This document shows, piece by piece, positions 37,521 through 50,079 of a DNA stretch of 64,000 nucleotides. The position numbers and the translations under genes are program-made. The stretch is from Somniosus microcephalus. Lineage: Eukaryota. The notes beneath the pieces were generated by a model. It ran no database searches, had not been told where the DNA came from, and saw only the letters and a program-made list of their open reading frames with translations. The DNA lies in NCBI GenBank assembly GCA_052327205.1, contig CM126206.1, forward strand, positions 55,738,001 to 55,802,000, given 5' to 3'. How positions within the stretch are numbered: the stretch's first letter is position 1; each line of letters opens with the position of its first letter.

Positions 37521-40046
37521 GGCATTTTTCATCCGATACATGTTCACATTAATAAAAAGTAACTGTTGAGAATCTGAAAACTAGTTTATAAATTGAATCT
37601 TTGTGCTTCGGCTCTTTAACCAAAGGTCCTGGTAGATTAGAAAGCATTTTCCATTGTAAATTCAATACAAACCTAATATAGATGTATTGCCATCAAAATC
37701 TAACAGCATAATTGCATTTTGAGTTATCGGGGTCAGTCTCCTAGTGTTATGTTTTACTCAGTTCGGCAAAGGAAATCCTTGATTAAATTTTCAATCTTAT
37801 TTAGTTGAAATGGGATATACTGTTCACTTTCCTACACAACTGCTTTGTTGTGTGTTGAACATACTCTGTGTTTTAGGTGACTTTGACTTATAACTGGGCC
37901 TAATCTTGTTTGTCGCTCTGAAATCCATCAGTCCTGTGTATTTGCTACATTAGCCATCTGACACCCCAAGCCCTTCTCACGGACCTCTCCATGTAAATGC
38001 AGGGGTGACCGTGTATCTGTTGCACTGTTTCCTTCGCTCACTGGTGTGAGCACAGCCAGTTGGACTGTAATGTTACAAACATTTATTATTCTGTCATAAA
38101 ATTAGCCCAACTGAAGCATAATTTGTGCAGCTCAGCTTTTTTCAGTCGCAAGTATTTGAACGAGTGCTAACATTATCGTGGCGCAATTAGGAGAAGCTCT
38201 TGAGTGTCCTATGAATGGCTAGTCTCTGGAAAAAGCCCCTGAAATCACTTGAGAATGGTTTTTACTGTATACCTAATGAGCTACATTCTGTACAAGCAGT
38301 TGACCCTGTTGACATTTACCTGTAGCTGTAGCAGAGGGGCTTCCCTTAAAGGTAAACTTGCACACTGGCTCAGAAATTCTATCACAGAATTAGCCTTGTG
38401 TGCATTATATGTCATGATAGTCTAATAATTAGCGCTGTAATTGAGCTTCTGTGAACTGCAGAGACTCCTAATGTCAATCTTGTCATGCTGCCTGAACATC
38501 AGGGACATACTATGATGGACCCACAGCCCAGGAGGTTTCATGTCAGTCTTATTAAATTTGTAGTTAATGCAGTCTCGTCTGTACCTTTTTAGATGGATTT
38601 TCAGTCTGTTAGTGCAAACAGGGCTTATGGCTACATACCTGCCTCTTGTAGTTATGCGCCGGGTTAGTGACCTTAAAGAAGAAGGGTTTGGATTACCATA
38701 TTTGTCCACATATGCTTTTAAAACATTTTCTTGACTATTGCTACTTTGGGCGTTACAGTTTTGACATATTTAGTCTCATAGTTTCATCCTTCACACTTAC
38801 TGTGTATGTGTGATATAAGCATGTTAATACAATCTGTGTAGTTTGATTTTGACTAACCTTTCTGGTGTCAAGAAATTCATTTGGCACAAGTTTAAAGGTT
38901 CTAGCTGGTATATTTAGACAACACAGATTAGAGTTTAGTTTTGTCTTTTTTCTGATCTATTTAATACTATCATAGACTAACGTTCAGCCACCTTTCCTTC
39001 AAATTGAATCGAAGCTTTTCAAAGAAAGAGTAAAACATGAAAGGGGCGTGGAAAGAGAATGTATTAAAATAGATCAAAAACAGAAAATAAAAACAGTGAA
39101 AGGGAGAAGAAAAATCTAAAATCCATTACATTTTAAAGCATTTACTTGTGGTTCAGTTCAACAGTCAAGCTGGAGCAACATACATTTTCTTTTTCCTCTG
39201 GTCTCCCCCTTGACCACTAACTATTCCAGATCATTTGGAGAAGTGTGAGTGGACCCATAACATTCCCTCCCATTGGGAGGTAGTGGCCACCACTCCACGA
39301 CTCGGATCAGTAACAGTACTTAGGGACTCATGAGCCGTCTGTGGTTAAGACAATTTGTCATGTCACGGATAAGCAGTAGAAACTTTAAATAAATAAAGAA
39401 AGGAGGGATGTGTACAAAAATAAATATTAATTTTAATGTCGATAGAAACTGTGTTCAAAAAAGTACGATATTAAACAAATAAAACTAGTGACAGACCTAG
39501 TGATGTCTGTCAACTGAAGTCTCTTTATTTAGAGGTATTGTGCTTCTCGGTCATCGCTTTCTCTCAATAAAGCTCATTTACGTGTGTGTTGTGGTGGTTT
39601 GATTCATTCATTCTCTATCATTGCTCCTGTCTTCTGAGAATAACAGACCTGAACACTTTTGGCATTCCTCCAACAAAGACCTCTGAACAGCCGCTGGTAC
39701 ATTGCAGAACTACACTGTAGTGTTCCCACACCATTCTCCCTGCGTTCTGTATCACTGCTCTCATCTACTCATGTTAGCACACTCATTCTCTACCTAGAGC
39801 AGGTTGTATAAAGATTCCTGTGCATGTGCATAGTGTTTACACTCCTAGGGTGTACCCCGGTTGGGCAGTTGCTGACAGGGCAACTGCAACTTGCACTTGA
39901 AGTAATGCAACATCGGGTACCAATGATCCTGTCAGTGCTGTTCATTATCATACACACATTTCCACTTCTGATCTTTTACTTTAATAGGGTATAAAGTTCG
40001 TGCGGGATGAGCAGAAATTTCCTCCAACTAAATATTGGGAAGACCC

Positions 40047-40820
40047 AATTGTCTTCGGTCTCACCACAGACTCCGCTCCCTAGCCACTGACTGCATCCCT
40101 CTCCCTGGCAATTGACTGAGGCAGAAGCAGACAGTTTTCAACCTTGGTGTCATAATTGACCCCCGAGATGAGTTTCCAACGTCATATCCGCGCCATCACT
40201 AAAACCACCTATTTCCACCTTTGTAATTCACACAACTCCACCTCAGCTCATCTGCTGCTGTAGCCCTCATCCATGCCGTTGTTACCTCTAGACTTGACTA
40301 TTCCAACGCACTCCTGGCCGGCCTCCCATCTTCCACCCTCCGTAAACTTGAGGTCATCCAAAACTCTGCTGCCCGTGTCCTACTTCACACCAAGTCCGGT
40401 TCATCCATCACCTCTGTGCTCGCTGAGCTACATTGGCTCCCGGTTAAGCAACGCCTTGATTTTAAAATTCTCATCCTTGTTTTCAAATGCCTCCATGGCC
40501 TCCCCCCACCCCCACCCCCTGCATCTCTGTAATTTCCTACAGCCCTCTGAGATAATTGCGCTCCTCCAATTCTGGCGTCTTGAGCATCCCTGATTTTAAT
40601 CGCTCCAGTTGCCAAGGTCCTAAGCTCTGGAATTTCTCCCTAAACCTCTCTACCTCTCTTTCCTCCTTTTAAGACGCTTCTTAAAACCGACCTATTTGAC
40701 CAAGCCTTTGGTCATTTGCCCTAATATCTCCTTATGTGGCTCGGTGTCACATTTTATTTGGTTCCACTCCTGTGAAGCACCCTGGGACGTTTTACTACTA
40801 AAGACGTACAAGTTGTTGCA
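40047..40820 (+). mobile_element. L2-type LINE 3' fragment
   Basis: ccctcatccatgccgttgttacctctagacttgactattccaacgc...; 3' UTR ending aagttgttg. Confidence 0.88.
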
Positions 40821-41149
40821 CACCACCTAAAATCCATATCAGATTTTCAGTTGATAGTAACTACACTGAACCAAATTGCTAAATCTTCTCTTAGCTTTCT
40901 TCCTTCTCCTGCTCTAGAAGGAATGCTACATGATATTCTGCACTTATTGGGATCTGTGATGGAATGAAATCCAAAACCTCTCTCTTGCAACACTTCAACA
41001 CATGCAGTTAAAGTGGCACAGTCGTCATGAAGAAGTATTTGGTTAGCCTCAGAGAAAGAGGCGCACCATACATCATTTCTGTCAAAATGCCATCCCATCC
41101 AAATGATTTGCATTGTGACGTGTTTGTAGACCTGAACAGGGTTCTCCTA

Positions 41150-41500
41150 ATGTAGCACTGTGAACATGTAGACTAGAAGCTCCCAGGTTTGATTCCTGAT
41201 CACTGTTGAGTTAGCTGATATCAGCTGGACAGCAGTTGAGGTTCGACAGTAGGCCCCAACATCCTGAGTTTAGGAAAGGGAAGATTGGCCAGGGTTCCCA
41301 TTCCTAATTGACTCATCTTGGAAAGTGTAAATCTGTGGATGTCTGGTGAGATAGAGATTAATCTTGCAATGCCCCAAGGCCAGATAACCCACTGAAACTC
41401 AGTTTAGCCCCATAATGAAGAGTGGCCACTTCCGTGGGGTACTAGAAGGTTGCTGGCATCCTTGAACCACACCCTAGCAAGAGTCGGCATGATCAGCAGA
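41150..41500 (+). mobile_element. Unassigned ancient SINE-like repeat, same family as 24630-24880
   Basis: B-box-like GGTTTGATTCC followed by TGAGTTAGCTGAT core. Confidence 0.6.
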
Positions 41501-41559
41501 AGGATGCAGGTAAGGAATGCTATTGTACCAATCTTAGTTCATCCATCCAGAAATACCCC

Positions 41560-42722
41560 AAAGTTCCCCTCCCCTATCTCCCCATTATAGCATGCAACTG
41601 TTTCTAAAATAGTTCTAGGGTTTTTGCCACCACTGCCCTACATAGAAATCTGTTTCATGTGTTGATCACTCTTTGTGTGAAGGAGCAGTTCCCGATAGTC
41701 CTCTTCATTGTTTGAATCTGTGCCGCCTTGTCTTGTCACAGTTTAATTTGAAGTAATGTTCTGGATTTACCATTTCTATAGCTTTTTCTGTTTTTTATAC
41801 ATCAAAGGTCACCTCTGAGTAACTTTCTTTCAATGCTTAAAAGCCAAAGCTTCTCCAATCTTTCCTCATGCTCAGTCCTCTGACACTGGACATTAATCTT
41901 GTGGCTCTTCTATGCACTGGCTTCAGGGTTGAATGATCTCCCTTGAGTTCTGGTGACCAGAACTGGACATGGTACTCGAGATGTGATCCAGCTAGCGCGC
42001 TGTACAGTCTAAGCATGACTTATCGAATCATAGAATAGTACAGCATAGAAGGAGGCCATTCGGCCCATCAGGCCTGCGCTGGTTCTTTTCGAAGAGCAAT
42101 CCAGTTAGTCCCACTCCCTGGCTCTTTCCCCATATCCCTGCAATTTTTTCTCCTTCAAGTATTTATCCAATTCCCTTTTGAAGGCTACTATTGAATCTCT
42201 ATCCACCTCCCTATCAGGCAGTACATTCCAAATCATAACCACTTGTTGCGTAAAAATTGGAGACAATATCCCAACTGGGGCTGAACTAGTGTCTTATATA
42301 GGTTTAGCATAACTTCCTGGCTTTTGTACTCTATGCCTCTATTTATAAAGCCCAAGATCCCACATGCATTATTAACTGCTTTGTTAACCTGTTCTGCCAC
42401 CTTTAAAGATTTGTGCACAAACACACCCAGGTCACTCTGTGGTTGCACCCCCTTTAAAATTGTACCATTTAGCTTTTATTGCCACTCCTCATTCTTCCTA
42501 CTGAAATGTATCACCTCTCACTTTTCTGCAGTGAATTTCACCTGCCATGTGTTCACAAATTCCACCAGCATGTATATGTCCTCTTGAAGTCACTGTTTAC
42601 TATCCTTCCAAGTTTCGTGTCATGTGCAAATTTCAAAATTGTGCCTGCATCCCCAAGTGCAAGTCATAATGCATATCAAAAACAGCAGTACTGAAACCTG
42701 GGGAACACCACTGTATACCTCC
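41560..42722 (-). mobile_element. Old CR1 (41560-42020) followed by a younger CR1 fragment (42023-42722)
   Basis: DLGVFVHKSLKVAEQV...LYKTLVQPQLGYC on the minus strand; gaatcatagaat tail at about 42025. Confidence 0.85.
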
Positions 42723-44654
42723 AACTTCCTCTAACTTATACTGTTTTGACTATATACTTGGCATTCTGTTTTCACTGTTGATTGGTGCTGCCGTGATTGA
42801 ACATGTTGAGCGACAAGTCTTTTTAAATCCCTGGGTCTCTTTCAACTTCACTCTTCACTATTTTGACACCATTTATGTTGTGCTTATGCTGCCTATCTTT
42901 TCTCTGTATGTGCTGTACTTGACAATTGTCTGTATTAAATTTTATCTGCCATTACATTTCTGTTAGCTCATTTTGCAGTTAATGAGCTTCCTTCTCATGT
43001 AAATTTGACCAATTTGCATTGAATTTCTGAATATAAATTTTTAATATAAATTAGAAATAGTAGGAAAGAAGTGGCAAAAATGTTGACCAAAAATTCTGTC
43101 ATGATGGTGATGGACTCCATTGATAAATATTTTGCAAATCTGTTGTTCACTGGCCCTCCTTCTACCCCACTCCCACCTACCCCAAATACTGATGCAAACC
43201 ACAGGTGACGTCTGATTTCAAATTAGCTTATGGGCATGTTTGCCTCCTTGTAATGGAGGATCTGGTCATGTAGGTAAAGAGCTGTAGGTTAAGACAGCAT
43301 ATTGAAGTACCATTGTGTAATTTTACCCTAACCCATGAAGCAGGAAACTAACCGGATCGGATTAGCCACCCAATTTTAAACGCTGCCCAATTTTACTTCT
43401 AGGAAGTGGCTCAGGAAAAGAGAAGGGGTGGAAAATTGGATGTAACATTTTTTTTAAATATATATTTTATTGCCATTTGTTAAGTTTATCTATCTGATTG
43501 TCAGATGGTTTAGTGCAGTTTAGGTGGCACTGTAGAATAGTGAAGTGAGGTTGGCTTCAGGCCAAACTCAAGAGAAGGCAGGGTTAGGGCATTGTGCTCA
43601 CTGCTGTTTGGATTTTAGTGTGTTGTTTGGGCAGACAGTGGGGAAGTGATGGTTCTCTGTTGCTCTTGGTCCTTGTGGGACAGGGACAGGTGCTGCCTGG
43701 GTTGAGAGAGTAGAGTGGAGTGAGTGCACAGGGAGGGGGTCCACACATTTTGATACTTTTTCAGCTCCAGTCACAGGCTGCATGCCACACACTGACATGT
43801 CACAAGTGTTTCACCTTCACGTTTGTATTAAATTATATAGTAGTCAGAGCAAGTCCTTCAAAATTCTACTGGCATTTTGTTTCCAAAGCATTTTTACAAA
43901 CAGTTGACGACTCAGACCCTATAATGAAGGAATGCACTTTAGCTGCAGTTATTTGACACGATTACAGACGTGCCACACCGGCAGATGGACAGAGCAGCTC
44001 AGCAGTGAGTCCTTTGAGGGACTCACCAAAAAGTATCGGGAAAACAACTTGGCAATTTCCTCCCAGCAATCAAAGGTCACAAATCTGGCCCATCTCACCA
44101 CAGATGTTGAATTATTCACTTTACAGCTACTCTCTGCCACTAGTTCTTTCTGGTGCAGTCTGCTGAAAGTGTCCATTTTAATACACCACACAATGTGCAC
44201 GCGTGTATTGCATTGTGCTGAACTTGAGTATTTTCTGCAGTGAAGATATGTGATTGAAAATCACCGGTATTTAATGTGTTAATTCTGTAGAAGTAATTTT
44301 TGTCAGACAGTGATGATTAAAAATTGGTATTCATTTGAAGAAATGCTGTTATCATTATGACTTGGTCCAACCATTCAGCAGTAGAATGTTTATCCTCATC
44401 AGGTTGTGCAGAAACTTCATAGGATGCGGATTTCTTTTGGCAAGTTCATTGACCATTGTGGGAGGGGGGGGAAATTGGGGGCTGGATCGCAACTAAAACT
44501 GGCCCCCTTTTCACCTGTTGTCCACATGACCACACTTTTCAGCAGAATTCACTGGGTAACAACCAGGAGTGGGAATCTTCACAGATTTTTATCTTTAATC
44601 TCTCCCTAGTATATGAATAATCAGGTCAATTATTTGGCCCTACTGAGATCAGCT

Positions 44655-44890
44655 AGAAAGAAAAATGAAAAAACTTGCATCTTTACAGCACATTTCACAA
44701 CCTCAGGATGTCCCAAAGTGCTTTACAGCCAATGAAATACCTTTTGAAGAGTAATCACTGTTGTAATGTAGGGAATAATCTGTTTTTAGTGATGTTGGTT
44801 GAGGGATAAATATTGACCAGGACGCTGGGGAGAACTCCCTGCCCTTCGTCAAATAGTGCCATGCGATCTTTTAAGTCCACCCGAGAGGGA
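44655..44890 (-). mobile_element. Deu-type SINE 3' portion
   Basis: aaagtgctttacagccaatgaa...ggttgagggataaatattgaccaggac, shared with 61275-61430. Confidence 0.8.
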
Positions 44891-45533
44891 AATACTCAGT
44901 AAGCTTCAAGCCCCAGTCCAGAAGTTAGGCATGGCATTCCAGTACTGCAACATCAGCAATGCTACCCTTTGCACTGGACATTAAACTGGTACCTTCTACC
45001 TCTCCGGTTGTTCAGGCCGATGTTTAAAATCCTATTTGAAGAAGAATTCCCCCTGGTGTACTGGCTAACACCCCCTGTCTTCTAAATGGCTTTAATAAAG
45101 GCAGTTGATGCACTCAAAGTCATTCAAATTCAAATATGTGACGTGCTTTGATATGTTTGGGAGAGCTGGTGTGATGCTATGTAAATGTAAGTTTAACTTT
45201 CTATTCGAATTATGTAAGACACTCAAGAATACATGGAGAAAAGACAAAGATGAATGCAAGGGCATCTTGTGCAGTGTGTAGTTATTCTAACTAGTAAATG
45301 TTTTTTGAGGAAATATTTTATTGAGGAAATGTTTTACCCCTTCAGGCCAGCAGGCAAAATATGACTAAGATTTGTTTAGAAATACGGAACTAAGCATATG
45401 TTCCTTGCGCATCTCTTTCTCCCATTCTGCTAAGAAGTCTGTTCATAAATCCTTCAACTTTGTACATAATTCCCAGTTGATGCCAGTTATTGCTTAAACC
45501 ATGACCTCTTTCACTACTGTACAAATAGGATAT

Positions 45534-45899
45534 TGTGGCGGAGCCACCAAAGGACTCAGATCGCTTGTACATAATTCCTTTAACAACATGTTAGCTACAG
45601 TCTGAGTCTGTATCTTTATTTATGCTGTTTAACTGTACAAAGTGTGGTTGCTTCAACAGCGCGGCTAAAACGTGATGACGTCACGCCGTTCATCACGTGA
45701 TCCCCCACTGGCGGGAAAACGTGATGATGTCAGCCGCAGGACTGCAGGGGCAGTCCTCGTGGAGCCTCCAGAGAGAGCAGACCTACATTCGATGTTATCC
45801 TGCAGTTTCTTGTTAAAGCCTGTTTGTTTCATTAAAGTTCATTTTGTTTGATCGCCTGAGTAGAACTCAGTCTTTTAGTTAGGAACCCGCGTTCCTATA
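45534..45899 (+). repeat. 5' LTR (366 bp)
   Basis: Starts TGTGGCGG, ends GTTCCTATA (terminal CA mutated to TA); direct repeat of 49706-50079; contains TGACGTCA, ATCACGTGAT and ATTAAA (45831-45836). Confidence 0.95.
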
Positions 45900-45900
45900 T

Positions 45901-45913
45901 TGGTGACCCCGAC
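45901..45913 (+). other. Primer binding site complementary to tRNA-Trp 3' end
   Basis: TGGTGACCCCGAC, 1 nt after the LTR, complementary to ...GUCGGGGUCACCA of eukaryotic tRNA-Trp. Confidence 0.88.
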
Positions 45914-45946
45914 TTTCATGAACAGTTTTGGCGGAAGATCTTCAGC

Positions 45947-46560
45947 ATGGACACGAACGCCGTGACTCTGAAACTGCCACAGTCCTGGGAGCAACAACCA
46001 GCCGCGTGGTTTATCCAGGCTGAAGCCCAGTTCGCCATCAGGAACATCGTCGCGGATCAGACCCGTTATTACTACATGGTCTCCGCCCTCGATAGCGCAA
46101 CTACCTCGCGGATCGTCAGCCTCCTCGGTAGTCCTACTGACAGCAAGTATGATACGTTAAAGGCGTGGTTGCTACAGGTCTTCGGGCTCTCGAAGTCAGA
46201 ACGCTCTCGCCGGCTCCTCACTATGTCTGGCCTCGGGGACTCCAAACCGTCCGAGCTCATGAGCCAAATGCTCACGCTCTTGGGTGCGGAACCGGAATGC
46301 TTCCTCTTCCGGCAGCTATTCCTCTGCCGGTGCAGGCTGCCCTAGCCAGATCCGAGATTACAGACTGCGTCGAGCTTACTGCCGAAGCAGATAAGATTTT
46401 CGCAGTAACCCAGCAGTGCTGCGCGGCCACGAGGTGCCCATCCCCCACAGACGCGGCTCCAGCTCCTCCTGCAGCGGGCTGGTGCTCCCACCACGCCCGT
46501 TTTGGCGCGAAAGCACGACGCTGCCGCTCTCCCTGCAGTTTTTCGCCCCAAAAAAAACAA
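45947..46560 (+). pseudogene. gag, frameshifted near 46325, with CHCC knuckle
   Basis: N-terminus KLPQSWEQQPAAWFIQAEAQF; second frame carries CSHHARFGAKARRCRSPC (C-X2-H-X9-C-X3-C). Confidence 0.85.
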
Positions 46561-49500
46561 AGCTCCTGCAGCGTTCCTGGCGAAGGAGGACCAGGTCTAA
46601 CGGGTGCTCCGCAGCTGCGATGGCCATCGGATCTACGGGGAAACTTCTTTACATCACCAATTCTCTATCAGGTCGACATTTCCTTTGTGACACCGGGGCG
46701 CAGTGTAGCATCCTATCTGCATCGAATCTCGATATGCAAGCTGGGAACCACGGTTTTTCCCTCGTTGCGGCTAATGGCTCAGCAATTCGAACTTTCCGAA
46801 AGCGGCGGGTCAAGTCTGTTTCGGCGGTCAGCGCTTCCATTGGGAATTTGTCACGACCACAGTCTCGCAGGCCATCCTAGGGGCAGATTTTCTGTGTGCC
46901 AACGGCCTCCTCATCGATGTCCGGCACCGCTGGTTGATCAACGCGGCCACCTTCCACTCGATTCCGTACCACCGTGGCGCGCTCTATTGCCTGTGCTTTC
47001 CCTTCTCCGGATGACTTCACTCGGCTCCTCGGAGAGTTCCCGGAGCTGACAAGGCCCACTTTCTCCTCCTCGGCCACGAAGCATGGTGTTGAACATCACA
47101 TCGCCACTACTGGCTCCCCGGTTTATGCATGGGCTAGAAGGCTCGAACCCGGCACGCTCGCGGCTGCGAAAGTGGAGTTTGACACGATGGAGTGGCTGGG
47201 GATTATTCGCCGGTCGAATAGTCCCTGGTCTTCGCCTCAACACATTGTTCCGAAACCTGGCGGCCATGCGGTTACTACCGACGCCTGAACGACACCACTA
47301 CTCCTGATCGGTACCCGATCCCGCATATTCAGGATTTCTCGGCCAATTTGGCGAGAAATTCTATCTTTTCTAAAGTCGACCACATCCGGGGGTATCACCG
47401 GGTTCCCGTGCACCCGCAAGATGTCCCGAAAACCGCAGTCATCACCGCTTTCGGCCTTTTTGAGTTCCTGCGGATGCCGTTTGGCTTGAAGAACGCGGCA
47501 CAGGCTTTCCAGCGCTTAATGGACTCCGTGCTCCAAGACCTAAACTTCATCTTCGTCTACCTTGACGACATTCTCATCACCAGCGCTAGCAAGGAAGAGC
47601 ACATCTCCCATTTGCGTACCCTCTTTACACGCCTCAGCCAGCACGGTTTGATCATCAACCTGGCCAAGTGCCAGTTCGGCCTGCAGCGGATCGATTTCTT
47701 GGGACACCGCACAACATCAGACGGCGCCGCCCCCTTACTGACGAAGGTGGAAGCTGTTACCTCTTTCCCGCGCCCGCCAACCGTCAAGGCCCTGCAAGAG
47801 TTCCTGGGGATGGTCAATTTCTATCACCGATTCGTCCCTAAGGCGGCTCAGCTAATGCAGCCTTTGTACGGGGCCCTCGAGGGCAAGTCCAGTAAGGATC
47901 CAATCAGCTGGACGGCCGAGATGGACCAGGCGTTCGTCAACACCAAGAGCGCTTTGGCCAACGCAACCATGCTGGCGCACCCACTTCCAGGTGCCACCAT
48001 CGCCCTTCCCACAGACGCGTCAGACTACGCCATCGGTGCAGTGCAGGAGCAGTGGGTGAACGGCACGTGGCAACCGCTGGCGTTTTTCAGCCGTCAACTA
48101 CGGAAAAATGAAAAAAATTACAGCACCTTCGATCGAGAGTTACTGGCCCTTTTCCTAGCCATTCGCCATTTCCGGTTCTTATTAGAAGGACGTCCCTTCA
48201 CGGCTTTTGCCGACCACAAGCCTCTAACGTTCGCCATGGCCAAGACCGCCGAACCGTGGTCCGCTCGTCAACAACGTCACCTGACGTTTATTTCTGAATT
48301 TACCACGGACATTCAACATGTGTCTAGTAAGGACAACCTAGTGGCGGATTGCATCTCCCGCGCGACGGTCCATGTGGTTCACCTGGGGATTGACTACGCC
48401 CTCATGGCTGCAGATCAGGCCTCGGACCCGGAGGTCCAATCATACAGAACCATCCCCTCTAGTTTCCAAGCGACCGACGTCAGTTTCCAGGCCGCAGGCG
48501 CCACGCTCCTTTGCGACGTTTCCATGGGCGTTCCCCGACCTATCATGCCAGTCGCATGGCGCCGGAAGGTGTTTGACGCCATACACGAGTTGTCGCACCC
48601 TGATATGAAGGCTTCACAATGACTAATGTCGGCGAAGTTCGTCTGGAAGGGTATGCACCTCGATGTCCGTGACTGGGCCAAAACCTGCGTGGTCTGCCAG
48701 AAGGCCAAGGTCCAGCGTCATGTTAAAGCTCCAGTGGCTACGTTTGCTGTTCCGGAGCGTCGCTTCGACCACGTGCATGTGGACCTTGTGGGGCCATTTC
48801 CGCCTTCTCATGGTTATACGCATTTCCTCACCATGGTGGACCGCACCACTAGGTGGCCAGAGGCAATTCCTTTGGTTTCCACCACTTCGGCAGACGTCGC
48901 TAGAGCCGGACACCTCTTCCGATCGTGGGCCACAATTTTCCTCGGAGCTCTGGAATGCTGTAGCTCAGGGGCTCGGCACCAAACTTCATCGCACCACCGC
49001 CTATCACCCACAGGCGAACGGCCTTTGCGAGCGATTCCACAGGTCGCTTAAAGCCGCCCTACGGGCCAGTCTTCAAGGTGCAGGATGGGTGGACAGACTC
49101 CCATGGGTCCTTTTGGGTCTTCGTACGGCGCCCAAAGACCTGCAATCGTCCTCAGCCGAACTTGTTTATGGCCAGCCTCTCCGAGTACCAGGGGATTTCC
49201 TCCCTTTTCCCACAGAGCCATGGTCCGCCTCCCAGCAACTCGTCAGCCACCAGGAAGCGGCCAGATGCTTCGCTCCGGTGCCTACATCAAATCACAGCTT
49301 ACAGGGCTCCCACGTGCCAGCGGAGCTGAAGAATGCTGAGTACGTATTTATCCGCCACGACGCTCACCGGGATCCGCTCAAGCCCCCTTACACTGGTCCT
49401 TTCCGCGTCATCGAATCAGGAGACAAATCCTTTTCGGTCGACATCGGAGGAAAGCCGGATCACATTTCGGTGGACCGGTTGAAGCCGGCTCACCTGGACC

Positions 49501-49690
49501 TGGACCGCCCAGTCGTCACCGCTCAACCGCTGAAACGTGGCCGACCGCCCGCAGCCGCTGTGCCAGATCAGCCACAGCCACCCGCCAACTCGACCACCGT
49601 CCATCAGCTTCCTCTGCAGGGTTACCGAAGTCGCTCGGACAGACTTGTCAGGCCTCCTCGACGTCTCACTTTTGCTGTTAAAGACAATTC
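46560..49690 (+). pseudogene. pol (protease, RT, RNase H, integrase), disrupted
   Basis: FLCDTGAQCS protease; MPFGLKNA and YLDD RT; TDASDYAIG/DRELLA/DHKPL RNase H; HELSH...CVVC, HVDLVGP, SDRGPQF, GLCERFH and PYTGPF integrase. TGA at 48620-48622 and several frameshifts. Confidence 0.95.
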
Positions 49691-49691
49691 T

Positions 49692-49700
49692 GGGGGGGGG
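49692..49700 (+). other. Polypurine tract
   Basis: G9 run 5 nt upstream of the 3' LTR start. Confidence 0.75.
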
Positions 49701-49705
49701 TCGCA

Positions 49706-50079
49706 TGTGGCAGAGCCACCAAAGGACTCAGATCATTTGTACATAATTCCTTTAACAACATGTTAGCTACAGTCTGAGCCTGTATCTTTATTTATGCTGT
49801 TTAACTGTACAGAGTGTGGTTGCTTTAACAGCGTGGCTAAAACGTGATGACATCACGCCGTTCATCACGTGATCCCCCACTGGCGGGAAAACATGATGAC
49901 GTCATGACGTCAGCCACAGGACTGCAGGGGCAGTCCTCGTGGAGCCTCCAGAGAGAGCAGACCTACATTCGATGTTATCCTGCAGTTTCTTGTTAAAGCC
50001 TGTTTGTTTCATTAAAATTCGTTTTGTTTGATCGCCTGAGTAGAACTCAGTCTTTTAGTTAGGAACCCACGTTCCTACA
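49706..50079 (+). repeat. 3' LTR (374 bp)
   Basis: TG...CA ends; about 15 substitutions and one 8-bp duplication relative to the 5' LTR by manual alignment. Confidence 0.95.

Larger units (their letters stand above)
45534..50079 (+). mobile_element. Full-length decayed Ty3/Gypsy LTR retrotransposon, CsRn1-like clade
   Basis: Two LTRs, ATAT target duplication (45530-45533 and 50080-50083), PBS, G-rich PPT, and Gag-PR-RT-RNaseH-IN order with frameshifts and a stop. Confidence 0.96.

Noticed and set aside
37762-37770. TTCGGCAAA (FGK) after cag as the next PARD3 exon
   Set aside because: Wrong phase for the phase-2 donor and continues FGKGNP*, not FGKHRKDD.
46165-47049. 294-aa ORF as a separate gene
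   Set aside because: Only the middle is Gag; the rest is off-frame Gypsy sequence.
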